Positions 9,467 to 18,855 of a stretch of DNA of 64,000 nucleotides are shown piece after piece. Position 1 is the first letter of the stretch. Every line of letters starts with the position of its first letter. The DNA is from Dehalococcoidia bacterium (GTDB taxonomy: Bacteria > Chloroflexota > Dehalococcoidia > SM23-28-2 > RBG-16-64-32), in the NCBI GenBank assembly GCA_034408935.1, contig DAOUMV010000014.1:32564-96563 (forward strand). The letters run 5' to 3'. Made by a program: the position numbers and the translations under genes. The notes under the pieces are model-generated. The model did not search any database. It had not been told where the DNA came from and saw nothing but the letters and a program-made list of their open reading frames with translations.

Positions 9467-10420
9467 TCAGCGGAACGCAGGGATGACTTCGTTGGAGAAG
9501 CGGACCAGGGCTTCGAGATCCCATGGCGGAAGCTGAGTCACGTAGATCTCCTGCACGCCGACATCGATCAACGCCTGGACTTGAGCCTTCGCCTCGTCCA
9601 CGGAGCCGAGGATGACGCAGCGGCGCGCCTCCTCCTCCGTTACTCCCCGAAGAGCCGTGAAGCCCTGGATAAACCGCTGGTGGACGGCGGTGTCCTCCGT
9701 GAGGAAGATGGCCTTCTGAACGGTGCGACGAATGGTGGAGGGATCGCGCCCTATCTCGCGGCAGTGTTGGTCCAGAACGTCAAACTTGTGGCGAACCTCT
9801 TCCGGGGAGGCGTGGTCGAAGGACACGTTGGCGATATCGGCATACTTGGCGACGGTCCGCAGGGTGCGCTTCTCCCCCGTGCCGCCGATGAGGATGGGCG
9901 GATGCGGTTTCTGGACGTTGGGCGGGTTATAGGGCGGCTGATCGAGCTGGTAGTAGCGGCCCTGGAACGTGGGCTGCGGCTGCGTCCACAGCAGCTTGAT
10001 CACCTGTACCGCTTCGTCCAGCCGCTCCAGGCGTTCGCGGACGCTGTAGAAGGGGATGGCAAAGGCCTGATGCTCGTACTCGTGCCAGGCACCGCCGATG
10101 CCGAACTCGAGCCGCCCGCCAGAGATGTGGTCAACCGTGGTGGCCATCTTGGCCAGGACAGCGGGATGACGGTAGGTATTGCCGGTGACGAGGACGCCGA
10201 GACGAACGCGGGAGGTCGCCTGGGCAACCGCCGCCAGGGTCGTCCAAGCCTCCAAGTAGGAGCCCTCGGACGCGAAGGCGGTGCCGAAGCCCGTGACGAA
10301 GTGGTCGGCCAACCAGAGCGAATCGAAGTTCGAATCCTCATCGATCCGCCGGCAGAGGGAGAGGTACTCGTCCCAGGACATCTGGCTCTGCGATACCTGC
10401 ACCCCGAACTTGATACCCAT
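9467..10420 (-). CDS. LLM-class F420-dependent oxidoreductase (tandem paralog)
   Basis: Start set at MGIKFGVQV (ATG 10418-10420) with a GGAGGA SD. ~70% identical to the neighbouring LLM protein. Confidence 0.85.
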   Translation of the reverse strand: MGIKFGVQVSQSQMSWDEYLSLCRRIDEDSNFDSLWLADHFVTGFGTAFASEGSYLEAWTTLAAVAQATSRVRLGVLVTGNTYRHPAVLAKMATTVDHISGGRLEFGIGGAWHEYEHQAFAIPFYSVRERLERLDEAVQVIKLLWTQPQPTFQGRYYQLDQPPYNPPNVQKPHPPILIGGTGEKRTLRTVAKYADIANVSFDHASPEEVRHKFDVLDQHCREIGRDPSTIRRTVQKAIFLTEDTAVHQRFIQGFTALRGVTEEEARRCVILGSVDEAKAQVQALIDVGVQEIYVTQLPPWDLEALVRFSNEVIPAFR

Positions 10421-10422
10421 CT

Positions 10423-11790
10423 CTATCCTCCGTTCCCTGGCCCGATGCCCAGCTGCTGCTTGTAGTCCGGCTCCAAGGCGGCCAGCGCGCCCATCCGAAG
10501 GAAGCTGGTCAGTGGCCACTGCACCATCGCCCGCACCACTTGCAGCGGGAAGGCGAACTCGGGCTTGTCGCCGATGACCTTCGCCTCCTGGAGTTCAGCC
10601 AGCTCCTCATCAGAGAGGCCCAGGAGGCCCTGGAGCACCTCCCGGTTGTGCTCGCCCAGCCTGGGGGCGCCGCCGCGGGCCCCGACCTCGAACGCCGAGA
10701 AGCGGGCGCCTAACTGCTTGGGCACGGGACGAGCCTCCCCCGCGCACTCTACCATATCGAAGTAGCCGCGGTGCCGTAGGTGAGGATCGAGGAGCACCTG
10801 CTTGGGGTTGAGCACGGCCGCGGCGGTGACGCCCGCACCCTGGAGCAGGCGCATCGCCTCTACGTGCTCCTGCTCTCGTGTCCAGGAGGTGATCAGTTCG
10901 TCCAGTTCGTCGTGGTGGCGGTGGCGGCTCAGCACGTCGGCGAAGCGCTCATCCTCCGCCCACTCCGGGTGGCCGACGGCGCCGCAGAACGCCCGCCATT
11001 CCCCGTCGTTCCGCACCGCCAGGACGAGCCAGTCGTCTTCGCCTCGACAAGGGTAGCAGCCTTGGGGAGCGAACCACGGGCTGCGGTTGCCGATGCGTTC
11101 CGGCTCGCGGTCATTGAGAGCGTACTCCATCAGCGCGTAGCCACCCATGGCGATCGCCGCCTCGTGCTGCGAGAGGTCGACGTACTGGCCCTTGCCGGTG
11201 CGCCGTCTGTGGTAGAGGGCAGCCAGCACCGCCCCCGCTCCCATGAGGCCGCAATAGGGGTCCGTGAAGGAGATGCCGGTACGCAGGGGCTCGCCGCCGC
11301 GATAGCCGGTGAAGGAGGAGATGCCCGAGGCGGCTTCCAGCCCCGTGCCGTAGGCGGAGTAGTCACGCCAGGGGCCACTCTGGCCGTAGCCGGAGAGCGA
11401 GATCATGATCAGGTCTGGCTTGATCTTGCGCAGCGACTCGTAGTCAAGGCCGTGCTGAGCCATGACGCGGGGGGTGAAGCTCTCAGCGACGACATCAGCG
11501 TGGGGAACGAGGCGCTTGAACAGCTCGACGGCTTGGGGCTCGTTGAAGTCCAGAGTGATCGATCTCTTGCCGGCGTTTCGGAAGAGGAAGTAACCCATCC
11601 GGTTCCAGAAATCGCCCTCGGCGTTGTTGTCGGCTATGACGAGCAGACGGATGTTGTCGATGTGCCTGATCCCCTCGATCTTGATGACCTCGGCCCCCAG
11701 GTCGCAGAGGATGCGGGTGCAGGTGGGCCCGGCGTACACCTGCGTCAGGTCGAGGACGCGGACGCCGGAGAGGGGAAGGCCAGGCCTCAC
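10423..11790 (-). CDS. CoA-transferase family III (CaiB/BaiF) protein
   Basis: 455 aa. VRVLDLTQVYAGPTCTRILCDLGAEVIKIE signature. Start overlaps the upstream gene's stop (11787-11790). Confidence 0.85.
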   Translation of the reverse strand: MRPGLPLSGVRVLDLTQVYAGPTCTRILCDLGAEVIKIEGIRHIDNIRLLVIADNNAEGDFWNRMGYFLFRNAGKRSITLDFNEPQAVELFKRLVPHADVVAESFTPRVMAQHGLDYESLRKIKPDLIMISLSGYGQSGPWRDYSAYGTGLEAASGISSFTGYRGGEPLRTGISFTDPYCGLMGAGAVLAALYHRRRTGKGQYVDLSQHEAAIAMGGYALMEYALNDREPERIGNRSPWFAPQGCYPCRGEDDWLVLAVRNDGEWRAFCGAVGHPEWAEDERFADVLSRHRHHDELDELITSWTREQEHVEAMRLLQGAGVTAAAVLNPKQVLLDPHLRHRGYFDMVECAGEARPVPKQLGARFSAFEVGARGGAPRLGEHNREVLQGLLGLSDEELAELQEAKVIGDKPEFAFPLQVVRAMVQWPLTSFLRMGALAALEPDYKQQLGIGPGNGG

Positions 11791-13022
11791 GTGATCCCCC
11801 GCTCGCGCAGGATGCGCGCCTCCTCCGGGTCGTAACCCAGCCCCAGCAGCACATCATGGGTGTGCTGCCCCAGGGTGGGCGCGGGCCCCCTGCGGAGCGG
11901 CGTCTCCGACATCCTGAAAGGCGCGCCCGCCACCCGGACGGGCCCCATCTCTGGCTCCTCCACCTCCTGGAAGAAGCCACGCTCCTTCAGGTGCTCGTTC
12001 TCCAGCAGGGTCTTGGGGTCTAGGACGGCGGCAAAGGGGATGCGCAGCTCCTGGGCACGGGTGAGGAGGTCCTGCCAGTCGTGCTCCAGGAGGTAAGGGC
12101 GCAGGATCTCCTCGAACTGGCGCCACCGGATGAGACGCATCCAGGGATTCTGGAACAGCGGATGCTGCTCCAGCTCCGGCTGCTCCAGAAGAACGGCGAT
12201 GCCCAGGGGAAAGCCGGTGGATCCGCCGACGACCACGACGTGGCCGTTGCGGCAGGGATAGATTTCCATCGGATAGATGGGGGCCTGGTGCCGGGAGTAG
12301 AAGCGCTTACGCACGGCGCCCATGAAGGAGTAGAGGGCGGTGTTGTACTCGTCGGCGCCGCCCAGCGCCTCCAGCATGGAGACATCGATATGCTGGCCGC
12401 CGCCCCGCTGCCGATGCTCCACACCAGCCAGCACGGCCACCCAGGCAGTGACCCCAGCGAAGTACTCTGCGGGCTCCCCGCCGGTGCACAGCGGCTCCCT
12501 TTCCGGGTCGCCGGTGACATACATGAGGCCGGACAGGGCCATGCAGGTTAGGGAGTTGCCCCGGAAGCCGCTGTAGGGCCCGGTCTGGCCGAAGGGCGTG
12601 ACCGAGCAGTAGATGAGATCCGGGAACTCGCCCTTCAGGTCGTCGTAGCCCAAACCCATGGAGGCGAGATAGCCTGGCGGATCGTTCTCCACGAGGATAT
12701 CCGCCTTGGCCAGCAGTTTGCGCAGAACGGTGCGGCCGCTTTCGGTCCTGATATCCAGGGTGACGCTCTTCTTGCCACCGTTGAGGTGGACGAACAGCCC
12801 CCCCTTGTCGTGGTGCGGGACATCGTCCGGGAACGGGCCCAGGGCGCGGGCGTTGTCTCCCTCGGGGGGCTCGACCTTGATCACCTCGGCGCCGCAGTCA
12901 GCCAGGAGCTTCGCACAATAGGGGCCAGCGATCCCCTGCGAGAGATCGATCACGCGCAGGTCGTTCAGGGCCAACTCGGGCCCTTCGGCCGGGTTCCCTG
13001 GCCGGGCAGGCAGGGCAGGCAA
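11787..13022 (-). CDS. CoA-transferase family III (CaiB/BaiF) protein
   Basis: 411 aa. LRVIDLSQGIAGPYCAKLLADCGAEVIKVEPP signature. Confidence 0.85.
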   Translation of the reverse strand: MPALPARPGNPAEGPELALNDLRVIDLSQGIAGPYCAKLLADCGAEVIKVEPPEGDNARALGPFPDDVPHHDKGGLFVHLNGGKKSVTLDIRTESGRTVLRKLLAKADILVENDPPGYLASMGLGYDDLKGEFPDLIYCSVTPFGQTGPYSGFRGNSLTCMALSGLMYVTGDPEREPLCTGGEPAEYFAGVTAWVAVLAGVEHRQRGGGQHIDVSMLEALGGADEYNTALYSFMGAVRKRFYSRHQAPIYPMEIYPCRNGHVVVVGGSTGFPLGIAVLLEQPELEQHPLFQNPWMRLIRWRQFEEILRPYLLEHDWQDLLTRAQELRIPFAAVLDPKTLLENEHLKERGFFQEVEEPEMGPVRVAGAPFRMSETPLRRGPAPTLGQHTHDVLLGLGYDPEEARILRERGIT

Positions 13023-13202
13023 GGGCGCTCCTTCGGCTGCTTGGCCGCAGTTCGGGGCGGATGATACAACAAGGCGGGAACGTGGAACAAGGAAGGGGGA
13101 CCAGAGCTGGCCCAGCCCTGACCTCGGAGTCAGAGCGAATCTCGTGTTGCGGGTTCCCTGTTCTTGTCCCCTCTGCTACAATGCGGCTCGCTGGAAACTC
13201 TC

Positions 13203-13970
13203 ATGCCCCTGCGAACCATCTCATTGGAGAAGCGCGGCCCCATCGCCTTTCTGACCCTGCGCCGGCCGGAGACGGAGAACGCCATCGACGGTGCCCTCCT
13301 CGCGGAGCTGGCCCAAGCCAGCGAAACGATCGAGGAGGACGATAAGGTACGCGTCGTCGTGCTCGCCGCCCAGGGCGACAACTTCTGCCGTGGCTGGGAC
13401 GCCGCCGTCCTGGCGGCAGAAGACCCTTCGGCGCTGCCTGCTCAGGGAGACCCCTTCTCCTCCCTGGCCGACCTCCCCCGGCCCGTCGTGTGCGCCATCC
13501 AGGGCGAAGCCCTGGGCGCCGGCCTGGAGCTGGCACTCGCCTGCGATCTTCGGGTGGCCGCCGAGGACGCCCGTCTGGGCCTGCCCGAGACCAAGCTGGG
13601 CCTCGTCCCCATGGGCGGCGGCACCCAGCGTCTCGCCCGCCTGGTGGGCCGCGGCAAGGCCCTGGAGATGATCCTCACCGGCGAGCCGGTGGACGCCCAG
13701 GAGGCGCTGCGCATCGGCCTCGTCAGCGCAATCGCTCCTCGCGACAAGCTGGCGGCCGAGGCCGAGGCCATCGCTGGCCGCATAGCGGAGCGCGGGCCCA
13801 TCGCCATCCGCTACGCCAAGGAGGCCGTGCGCCGTGGCCTGGAGATGCCTTTGGAGCAGGCCCTCCGCTACGAGACGGACCTCACCATCATCCTGCAGAC
13901 CACGGAAGACAGGGAGGAGGGCGTCCGCGCCTTCCTGGAGAAACGCGCACCGAAGTTCAAGGGCCGATAG
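13203..13970 (+). CDS. enoyl-CoA hydratase/isomerase family protein
   Basis: Start at MPLRTISLEKRGPIAFLTLRRPE. Crotonase fold motifs (NFCRGWD..., GGGTQRL). Confidence 0.85.
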   Translation: MPLRTISLEKRGPIAFLTLRRPETENAIDGALLAELAQASETIEEDDKVRVVVLAAQGDNFCRGWDAAVLAAEDPSALPAQGDPFSSLADLPRPVVCAIQGEALGAGLELALACDLRVAAEDARLGLPETKLGLVPMGGGTQRLARLVGRGKALEMILTGEPVDAQEALRIGLVSAIAPRDKLAAEAEAIAGRIAERGPIAIRYAKEAVRRGLEMPLEQALRYETDLTIILQTTEDREEGVRAFLEKRAPKFKGR

Positions 13971-13994
13971 TACTGGAGGAGGTGACCACCCTAG

Positions 13995-14255
13995 ATGCAG
14001 GTCGTTCTGGAGACGGATGAAGCCTGGTCGCTGATGTCGATCATCACCTCCTACGTCATCGACCACAGCGGCGTCTCGCAGGACGGCAAGGCGAATATCA
14101 GGCGCTGGCGCAGCGATCGCGCCGTGGGGACGGTGGAGATGGACGACCTGGCGACCGCCTTCAACGAGGCCCTGGGCACCTATTTGGACGAGAAGACCGC
14201 CCGCACGATCCGCCGTCGCGGCCGCTACATTTCGACCAAGGACACGTCCCAATGA
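13995..14255 (+). CDS. small hypothetical protein (paralog A of a tandem pair)
   Basis: 86 aa. Shares the pattern LExDEAWSLMSIIxSYVxD...S.D.KAxIRRWxSDR with the next ORF. Confidence 0.5.
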   Translation: MQVVLETDEAWSLMSIITSYVIDHSGVSQDGKANIRRWRSDRAVGTVEMDDLATAFNEALGTYLDEKTARTIRRRGRYISTKDTSQ

Positions 14256-14352
14256 TCCATCCATCCGTAGCTCAAGGCCCCTGCCTTGAGCGTGTTTGCG
14301 GGCACGGCTGGGGCTTCGCCCTACGGAACCAGACGATCAGAGGTGGCCGTCA

Positions 14353-14592
14353 ATGAGGCTGGAGCTGGAACCCGAAGAGGGCCGCGAGCTGCTGTCGCTG
14401 ATCGTCAACCGACTGGCCGAGGAAGCCGCGCTTTCGGACGAAGACAGGGCTGCGGTGAGGCGCTGGCACAGCGACCGGATGAAGGCCGGCTCCGACGGCA
14501 TGCAGGAGCTCACCGGAAAGATCAACGGCGATCTGGAGCGCGCCCTCCGGGACAAGGAGAAGAGCGCCGTCCAGAAACCCGACTGGCGGTGA
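14353..14592 (+). CDS. small hypothetical protein (paralog B of a tandem pair)
   Basis: Start set at MRLELEPEEGRELLSLIVNRLAEE (ATG 14353) with a GAGGTGG SD. Shares the LSLI...SDEDRAAVRRWHSDR pattern with 13995-14255. Confidence 0.5.
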   Translation: MRLELEPEEGRELLSLIVNRLAEEAALSDEDRAAVRRWHSDRMKAGSDGMQELTGKINGDLERALRDKEKSAVQKPDWR

Positions 14593-14611
14593 CGCGGGAC
14601 AGAGAACTCCA

Positions 14612-15391
14612 TTGTTCGAGACCCTCCTTTACGAGAAGACGGACGGTATCGCCTGGATAGTCCTCAACCGTCCGGACGTGCTCAACGCCATCAACATGCG
14701 CATGCGCGACGAGCTGTGGGAGCTGATACACGCCGTCCGCGACGACCCTGAGGTGCAGATCGCCATCTTCAAGGGCGCGGGCGAGCGGGCGTTCTCCGCC
14801 GGGGCGGACATCACCGAGTTCGGCACGGCGCCCTCCTACGTCGAGTCGCGGCGGGCCCGACGCCAGCGCGACCTGTGGGGCTTCATGCTCTCGATGGACA
14901 AGCCCCTCATAGCCGCCATCCACGGCTTAGCCCTCGGTGCCGGCGTCGAGCTCCCCCTGTGCTGTGACGTTCGCATCGCCAGCGAGGACGCCCGCCTGGG
15001 GTTGCCCGAGGTCAGCATCGGCTACATCCCCTCGGCCGGCGGCACCCAGACCCTGCCCCGCCACATCCCACCGGGGGTCGCTATGCACATGACCCTCACC
15101 GGCGACCCCATCGACGCTGCGACGGCCCTGCGCTACGGCCTCGTCCAGCGGGTAGTCCCCCGCCAGCGGCTGTACCAGGAGGCCGAGTCGCTGGCGCGCA
15201 CGCTCATGTCGCGGGGGCCGCTGGCGCTACGACTGGCCAAGCGGGCCGTGCTCGAGGGGCTGGACCTGCCCCTGGCGCAGGGGCTGGCCCTGGAGCGCCG
15301 CCTTGCCCGCCGCGCCCTGGCCAGCGCCGACGCTCAAGAAGGTATCGCCGCGGCCGCTGCTGGCCGCCAGCCGCGCTTCTCGGGCGCGTGA
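14612..15391 (+). CDS. enoyl-CoA hydratase/isomerase family protein
   Basis: 259 aa. IAWIVLNRPDVLNAIN...AFSAGADITEF crotonase motifs. Confidence 0.85.
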   Translation: MFETLLYEKTDGIAWIVLNRPDVLNAINMRMRDELWELIHAVRDDPEVQIAIFKGAGERAFSAGADITEFGTAPSYVESRRARRQRDLWGFMLSMDKPLIAAIHGLALGAGVELPLCCDVRIASEDARLGLPEVSIGYIPSAGGTQTLPRHIPPGVAMHMTLTGDPIDAATALRYGLVQRVVPRQRLYQEAESLARTLMSRGPLALRLAKRAVLEGLDLPLAQGLALERRLARRALASADAQEGIAAAAAGRQPRFSGA

Positions 15392-15416
15392 CCACGTAAC
15401 CAAAGGGAGGTAGAGG

Positions 15417-16979
15417 ATGAATACATCTGAGTTCCTGATGATCGCCGCCTCGGTGGTCCCGGACCGTCTCGCCATGGCCTGTGACGGCGACAGCCGCACC
15501 TTCGCCCAGCTCCAGGAGAGGGTGAACCGACTGGCCAACGCCCTTCAGTCGCTGGGCGTGGGCAAAGGCGACAAGGTAGCAGTCCTGGCCCTCAACTCCA
15601 TCCCCTACGTGGAGACCTACTACGCCTGCGCCAAGCTGGGCGCCGTCTTCGTCCCCCTCAACTATCGCGCCAAGAAGGAAGAGCTCTCCTACATGGTCAA
15701 TAACGCCGAGGCGAAGGTCATGTTTGTAGGGGAGCGCTACCTGGACCTCACCGCCGCCATCCGGCCTCAGTTCCAGACCGTGCAGCACTTCGTCTGCTAC
15801 GACGCCCACCCCGAGGACATGACCCCCTACGAGGATCTCCTGGCGCCCCACGAGCCGGAGGAGGTCTTCACCGACGTCGACGACACGGACGCCACGATCA
15901 TCCTCTACACCAGCGGCACCACGGCCAGGCCCAAGGGCGTCCTCCTCACCTACCTCAGCATGTCCGTGTACGTCACCAACACGGTGGAGCCTGCCAACCC
16001 GGAGGTCCACGACGTCACCCTCCTCTCCGTCCCCGTCTATCACGTGGCCGGTGCCACCGCCATCCTGTCGTCCGTATGGGGCGGACGCACCCTGGCTATC
16101 CTTCCCCAGTTCGAGCCTCAGGCCTGGCTGAAGGCCGTCCAGACCCATCGCGTCACCCATAGCTTCGTCGTGCCTACCATGCTCAAGCGAGTCATGGAGG
16201 AGCCGGACTTCGACAAGTACGACCTGATCTCGCTGCAGCTCATCGCCTATGGCGCCGCCCCCATGCCCTACGACGTCGTCACCAAGGCCATCGAGGTGTT
16301 CCAGTGCGGCCTCATGAACGCCTACGGGCAGACCGAGAGCACCTCCACCCTCACCTTCCTGGGCCCCGAAGACCATCAGATCCCCGACGGCCCCCCGGAG
16401 GAGCGCGAGAAGAAGCTCCACCGTCTCCGCTCCGTCGGCCGCGCCATGGAGGACGTCGTCGTCGCCATCGTCGACTCACAGGGCGAAGTCCTGCCGCCGG
16501 GCCAGGAGGGGGAGATCGTGGCCCAGGGGGCGCGCCTCATGTCCGGCTACCTCGGCCTGCACGACGAAACGGACGAGGCGATGCGCGGCGGCTGGCTCCA
16601 CACCGGCGACATCGGCTGGATGGACGACGACGGCTACATCTACATCACCGGCCGCACCAAGGACCTGATCATCCGCGGCGGCGAGAACATCGCCACGGGC
16701 GAGATCGAGGCCGTGCTGGAGCAGCACCCGGCGGTGGGTGAGGCGGCTGTCATCGGTGTTCCCGACGTCGAGTGGGGGGAGGAGGTGAAGGCTGTCATCG
16801 TGGCAGAGAGCGGAGACAAGCCCTCTACGGAGGAGCTGACGACCTTTGTCAAGGAGCGGCTGGCCAGCTATAAGGCGCCCAAGTACTACGCCTTCACGCA
16901 GGAGCTGCCCCGGAACTACCTGGGTAAGGTGCTGAAGACAGACCTGCGAAAGCAGTACGGGGAGGCCAAGGACGACTAG
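15417..16979 (+). CDS. AMP-dependent acyl-CoA synthetase/ligase (FadD-like)
   Basis: 520 aa. ILYTSGTTARPKGV AMP-binding motif, GEI...YGQTE, and C-terminal ...GKVLKTDLRKQY. SD AAAGGGAGG upstream. Confidence 0.9.
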   Translation: MNTSEFLMIAASVVPDRLAMACDGDSRTFAQLQERVNRLANALQSLGVGKGDKVAVLALNSIPYVETYYACAKLGAVFVPLNYRAKKEELSYMVNNAEAKVMFVGERYLDLTAAIRPQFQTVQHFVCYDAHPEDMTPYEDLLAPHEPEEVFTDVDDTDATIILYTSGTTARPKGVLLTYLSMSVYVTNTVEPANPEVHDVTLLSVPVYHVAGATAILSSVWGGRTLAILPQFEPQAWLKAVQTHRVTHSFVVPTMLKRVMEEPDFDKYDLISLQLIAYGAAPMPYDVVTKAIEVFQCGLMNAYGQTESTSTLTFLGPEDHQIPDGPPEEREKKLHRLRSVGRAMEDVVVAIVDSQGEVLPPGQEGEIVAQGARLMSGYLGLHDETDEAMRGGWLHTGDIGWMDDDGYIYITGRTKDLIIRGGENIATGEIEAVLEQHPAVGEAAVIGVPDVEWGEEVKAVIVAESGDKPSTEELTTFVKERLASYKAPKYYAFTQELPRNYLGKVLKTDLRKQYGEAKDD

Positions 16980-17160
16980 GCGGCGGCGCTCCCGCCAGCG
17001 CCGCCGAAAGGAGAGGCGGGACCGACCGGCCTCTGAGGAGCCTGCGGCGCCGCCCTCTCCGCCATCGGCTAAGCGCATTGAGGGGGCGCCTGGCGTCTCC
17101 TGGACGGGGCTGATCGGCGGCCTGCTGGGCTTCGCGCCCCTGGCCGCGATCGCCGCCGCG

Positions 17161-17424
17161 GTGCTAGCGGACCCGCCCGAGATCGGGCGGCCGTTCGCCG
17201 CCGTGCCCGCCCTGATGGCGGCCCTCTACCTGCCCGCGGTATGGGCCTCTGTGACTCGCACCGAGCGCCGCCAGTTGATCCTGAGAGTCAGCCTTTACGT
17301 TTCCCTGATGCTGGCTTTCGGCAGCAGCATCGGGTTCGGATTTATCATAATGATGGCGCTCGCTCCCGCGACGGTCCTTCTATGGCTGGCTTCAGGCGGG
17401 ACGAGGAGGGACGGCAAGCGCTAG
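17161..17424 (+). CDS. small hypothetical membrane protein (GTG start)
   Basis: 87-aa ORF with two hydrophobic segments. No SD seen. Low confidence. Confidence 0.25.
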   Translation: MLADPPEIGRPFAAVPALMAALYLPAVWASVTRTERRQLILRVSLYVSLMLAFGSSIGFGFIIMMALAPATVLLWLASGGTRRDGKR

Positions 17425-17675
17425 GCGGCGGCCACCTGGTCAGGGGCGAAGGGGAACTCCTCCACCACGTCCATGCGCTCGCACCAGGGCCTTACCGGTC
17501 GCTTGAAGCGGACCCACACGTCGCCCCTGGGGAAGGGCAGAACACGCGCCACACGACCTTCCCTGCCGGCGAAGTAGCGGCGACACCAGGAGGGCGCGTC
17601 CAGGATGCGTACCCGGTCGCCGGGGCGGACAGCACCGCTCATGGCATGAGACGTAGCTTCCATCGCCATCGTCAT
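17421..17675 (-). CDS. small hypothetical protein (84 aa)
   Basis: Start set at MTMAMEATSH (ATG 17675) preceded by GGGAGGGA. The longer ORF's N-terminus is R-rich and non-protein-like. C-terminus DRVRILDAPSWCRRYFAGREGRVARV looks KOW/SH3-like. Confidence 0.35.
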   Translation of the reverse strand: MTMAMEATSHAMSGAVRPGDRVRILDAPSWCRRYFAGREGRVARVLPFPRGDVWVRFKRPVRPWCERMDVVEEFPFAPDQVAAA

Positions 17676-18047
17676 CCTATTCCCTCCCTCTACGCTGCCT
17701 GTCGCAGCGCGCGCAGCAGCCGCAGCGGCATGGCCGGGGAGGCGCGCGGCTTGCCCTCGGAGGCCACCCGGCGGTGCTGCGGTTTCGCGCTCCCTGCGGC
17801 GGCCAGCCGGATGCGACTCATCTCCCGCTCGATCTCCTGGATCCTGGCTCGGCTCAACAGTTCGGCGTCCATTGCGACCCTCTGTGACTCGTCTTCCTTC
17901 CGTCACACCCTTCTTAGCAGGGGCTGAGCCACGCAATCTATGACCGGCATCACAATTCGGGCTTTTCCCGGCCGACCAGCCTTTTCGGAGGACGAGCCTA
18001 CCTGCCAGCAGGCTTCGGCGCGTTGGGGCAGCGCGCGAGGTGCGCCG

Positions 18048-18725
18048 CTACAGGGTGAGCTCGTACTCTCCCGAGCGCTCGCTATGCTCGTCGCGTAGAC
18101 GCTGGAAGCGGCGCCGGTAGGACGGCGCCTCGATGTCGCTGGCGGTGAGGATATAGCCGTCCTCCTGGTTGTCCGAGTAGTAACGGCGGCGCAGTCCCAC
18201 CTGCTCGAAGCCGTACTTCTTGTAGAGGCGAAGCGCCGCCGCGTTGGAGACGCGGCACTCTAGGGTCACCACCGACTGCCCCTCCCGCAGCGCCGTCTCG
18301 ATGGCGGCGATGAGCAGCAACTCGCCGACGCCCCGTCGGCGGTGGCTGTCCCGCACGGCGATGGTCACGACGTGGGCCTCGTCCGCCAGCAACCAGATGC
18401 CCACGAAGCCCACGACCAACTCCTGCCTCTCCTCCGGCGGCGGCAGCACCCCATCGCCGGAGAACACCTGACGTAGCCCGCCCAGAAAGCGGCCGAGACC
18501 GGTGCGCGCTGCGGCGGCAGCTACCGCCTGCCCGCCCTCTCCTGCCTCCGCCCGCCGCTCGACCGCCGCCAGGTAGCGCGCCAGGCGGTTGTGCTCCAGT
18601 TCCCGCTTGAACGCGGTGGCCGGCCACATGCTGGGGAACGACTGCTGCTCTACCTCCATCACCTGAGCGATGTCGCCCACCCACATGTGCCGTACTAGCT
18701 GCTGAACCGCGACGGTCTGCATCAT
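18048..18725 (-). CDS. GNAT N-acetyltransferase, RimI-like (ribosomal-protein-alanine acetyltransferase family)
   Basis: Start near MMQTVAVQQL. RRRGVGELLL...ECRVSNAAALRLYKKYGF GNAT motifs A/B. Has an insertion relative to canonical ~150-aa RimI. Confidence 0.7.
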   Translation of the reverse strand: MMQTVAVQQLVRHMWVGDIAQVMEVEQQSFPSMWPATAFKRELEHNRLARYLAAVERRAEAGEGGQAVAAAAARTGLGRFLGGLRQVFSGDGVLPPPEERQELVVGFVGIWLLADEAHVVTIAVRDSHRRRGVGELLLIAAIETALREGQSVVTLECRVSNAAALRLYKKYGFEQVGLRRRYYSDNQEDGYILTASDIEAPSYRRRFQRLRDEHSERSGEYELTL

Positions 18726-18855
18726 GACGGCGGCTATTCTAGCACAGAGGCCGCGCAAGCCCCAACAGCTCGCGGCACCTCTACCTGCGCCTTTACGTGA
18801 GCGTAAGACAAACCTAGAATGAGTATAGGCGGGCTGTTCCGCCCTTTCGCCTCCG

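Noticed and set aside
17241-17927. 228-aa plus-strand ORF
   Set aside because: Overlaps and is antisense to the small 17421-17675 gene. Arg-rich composition, no SD.
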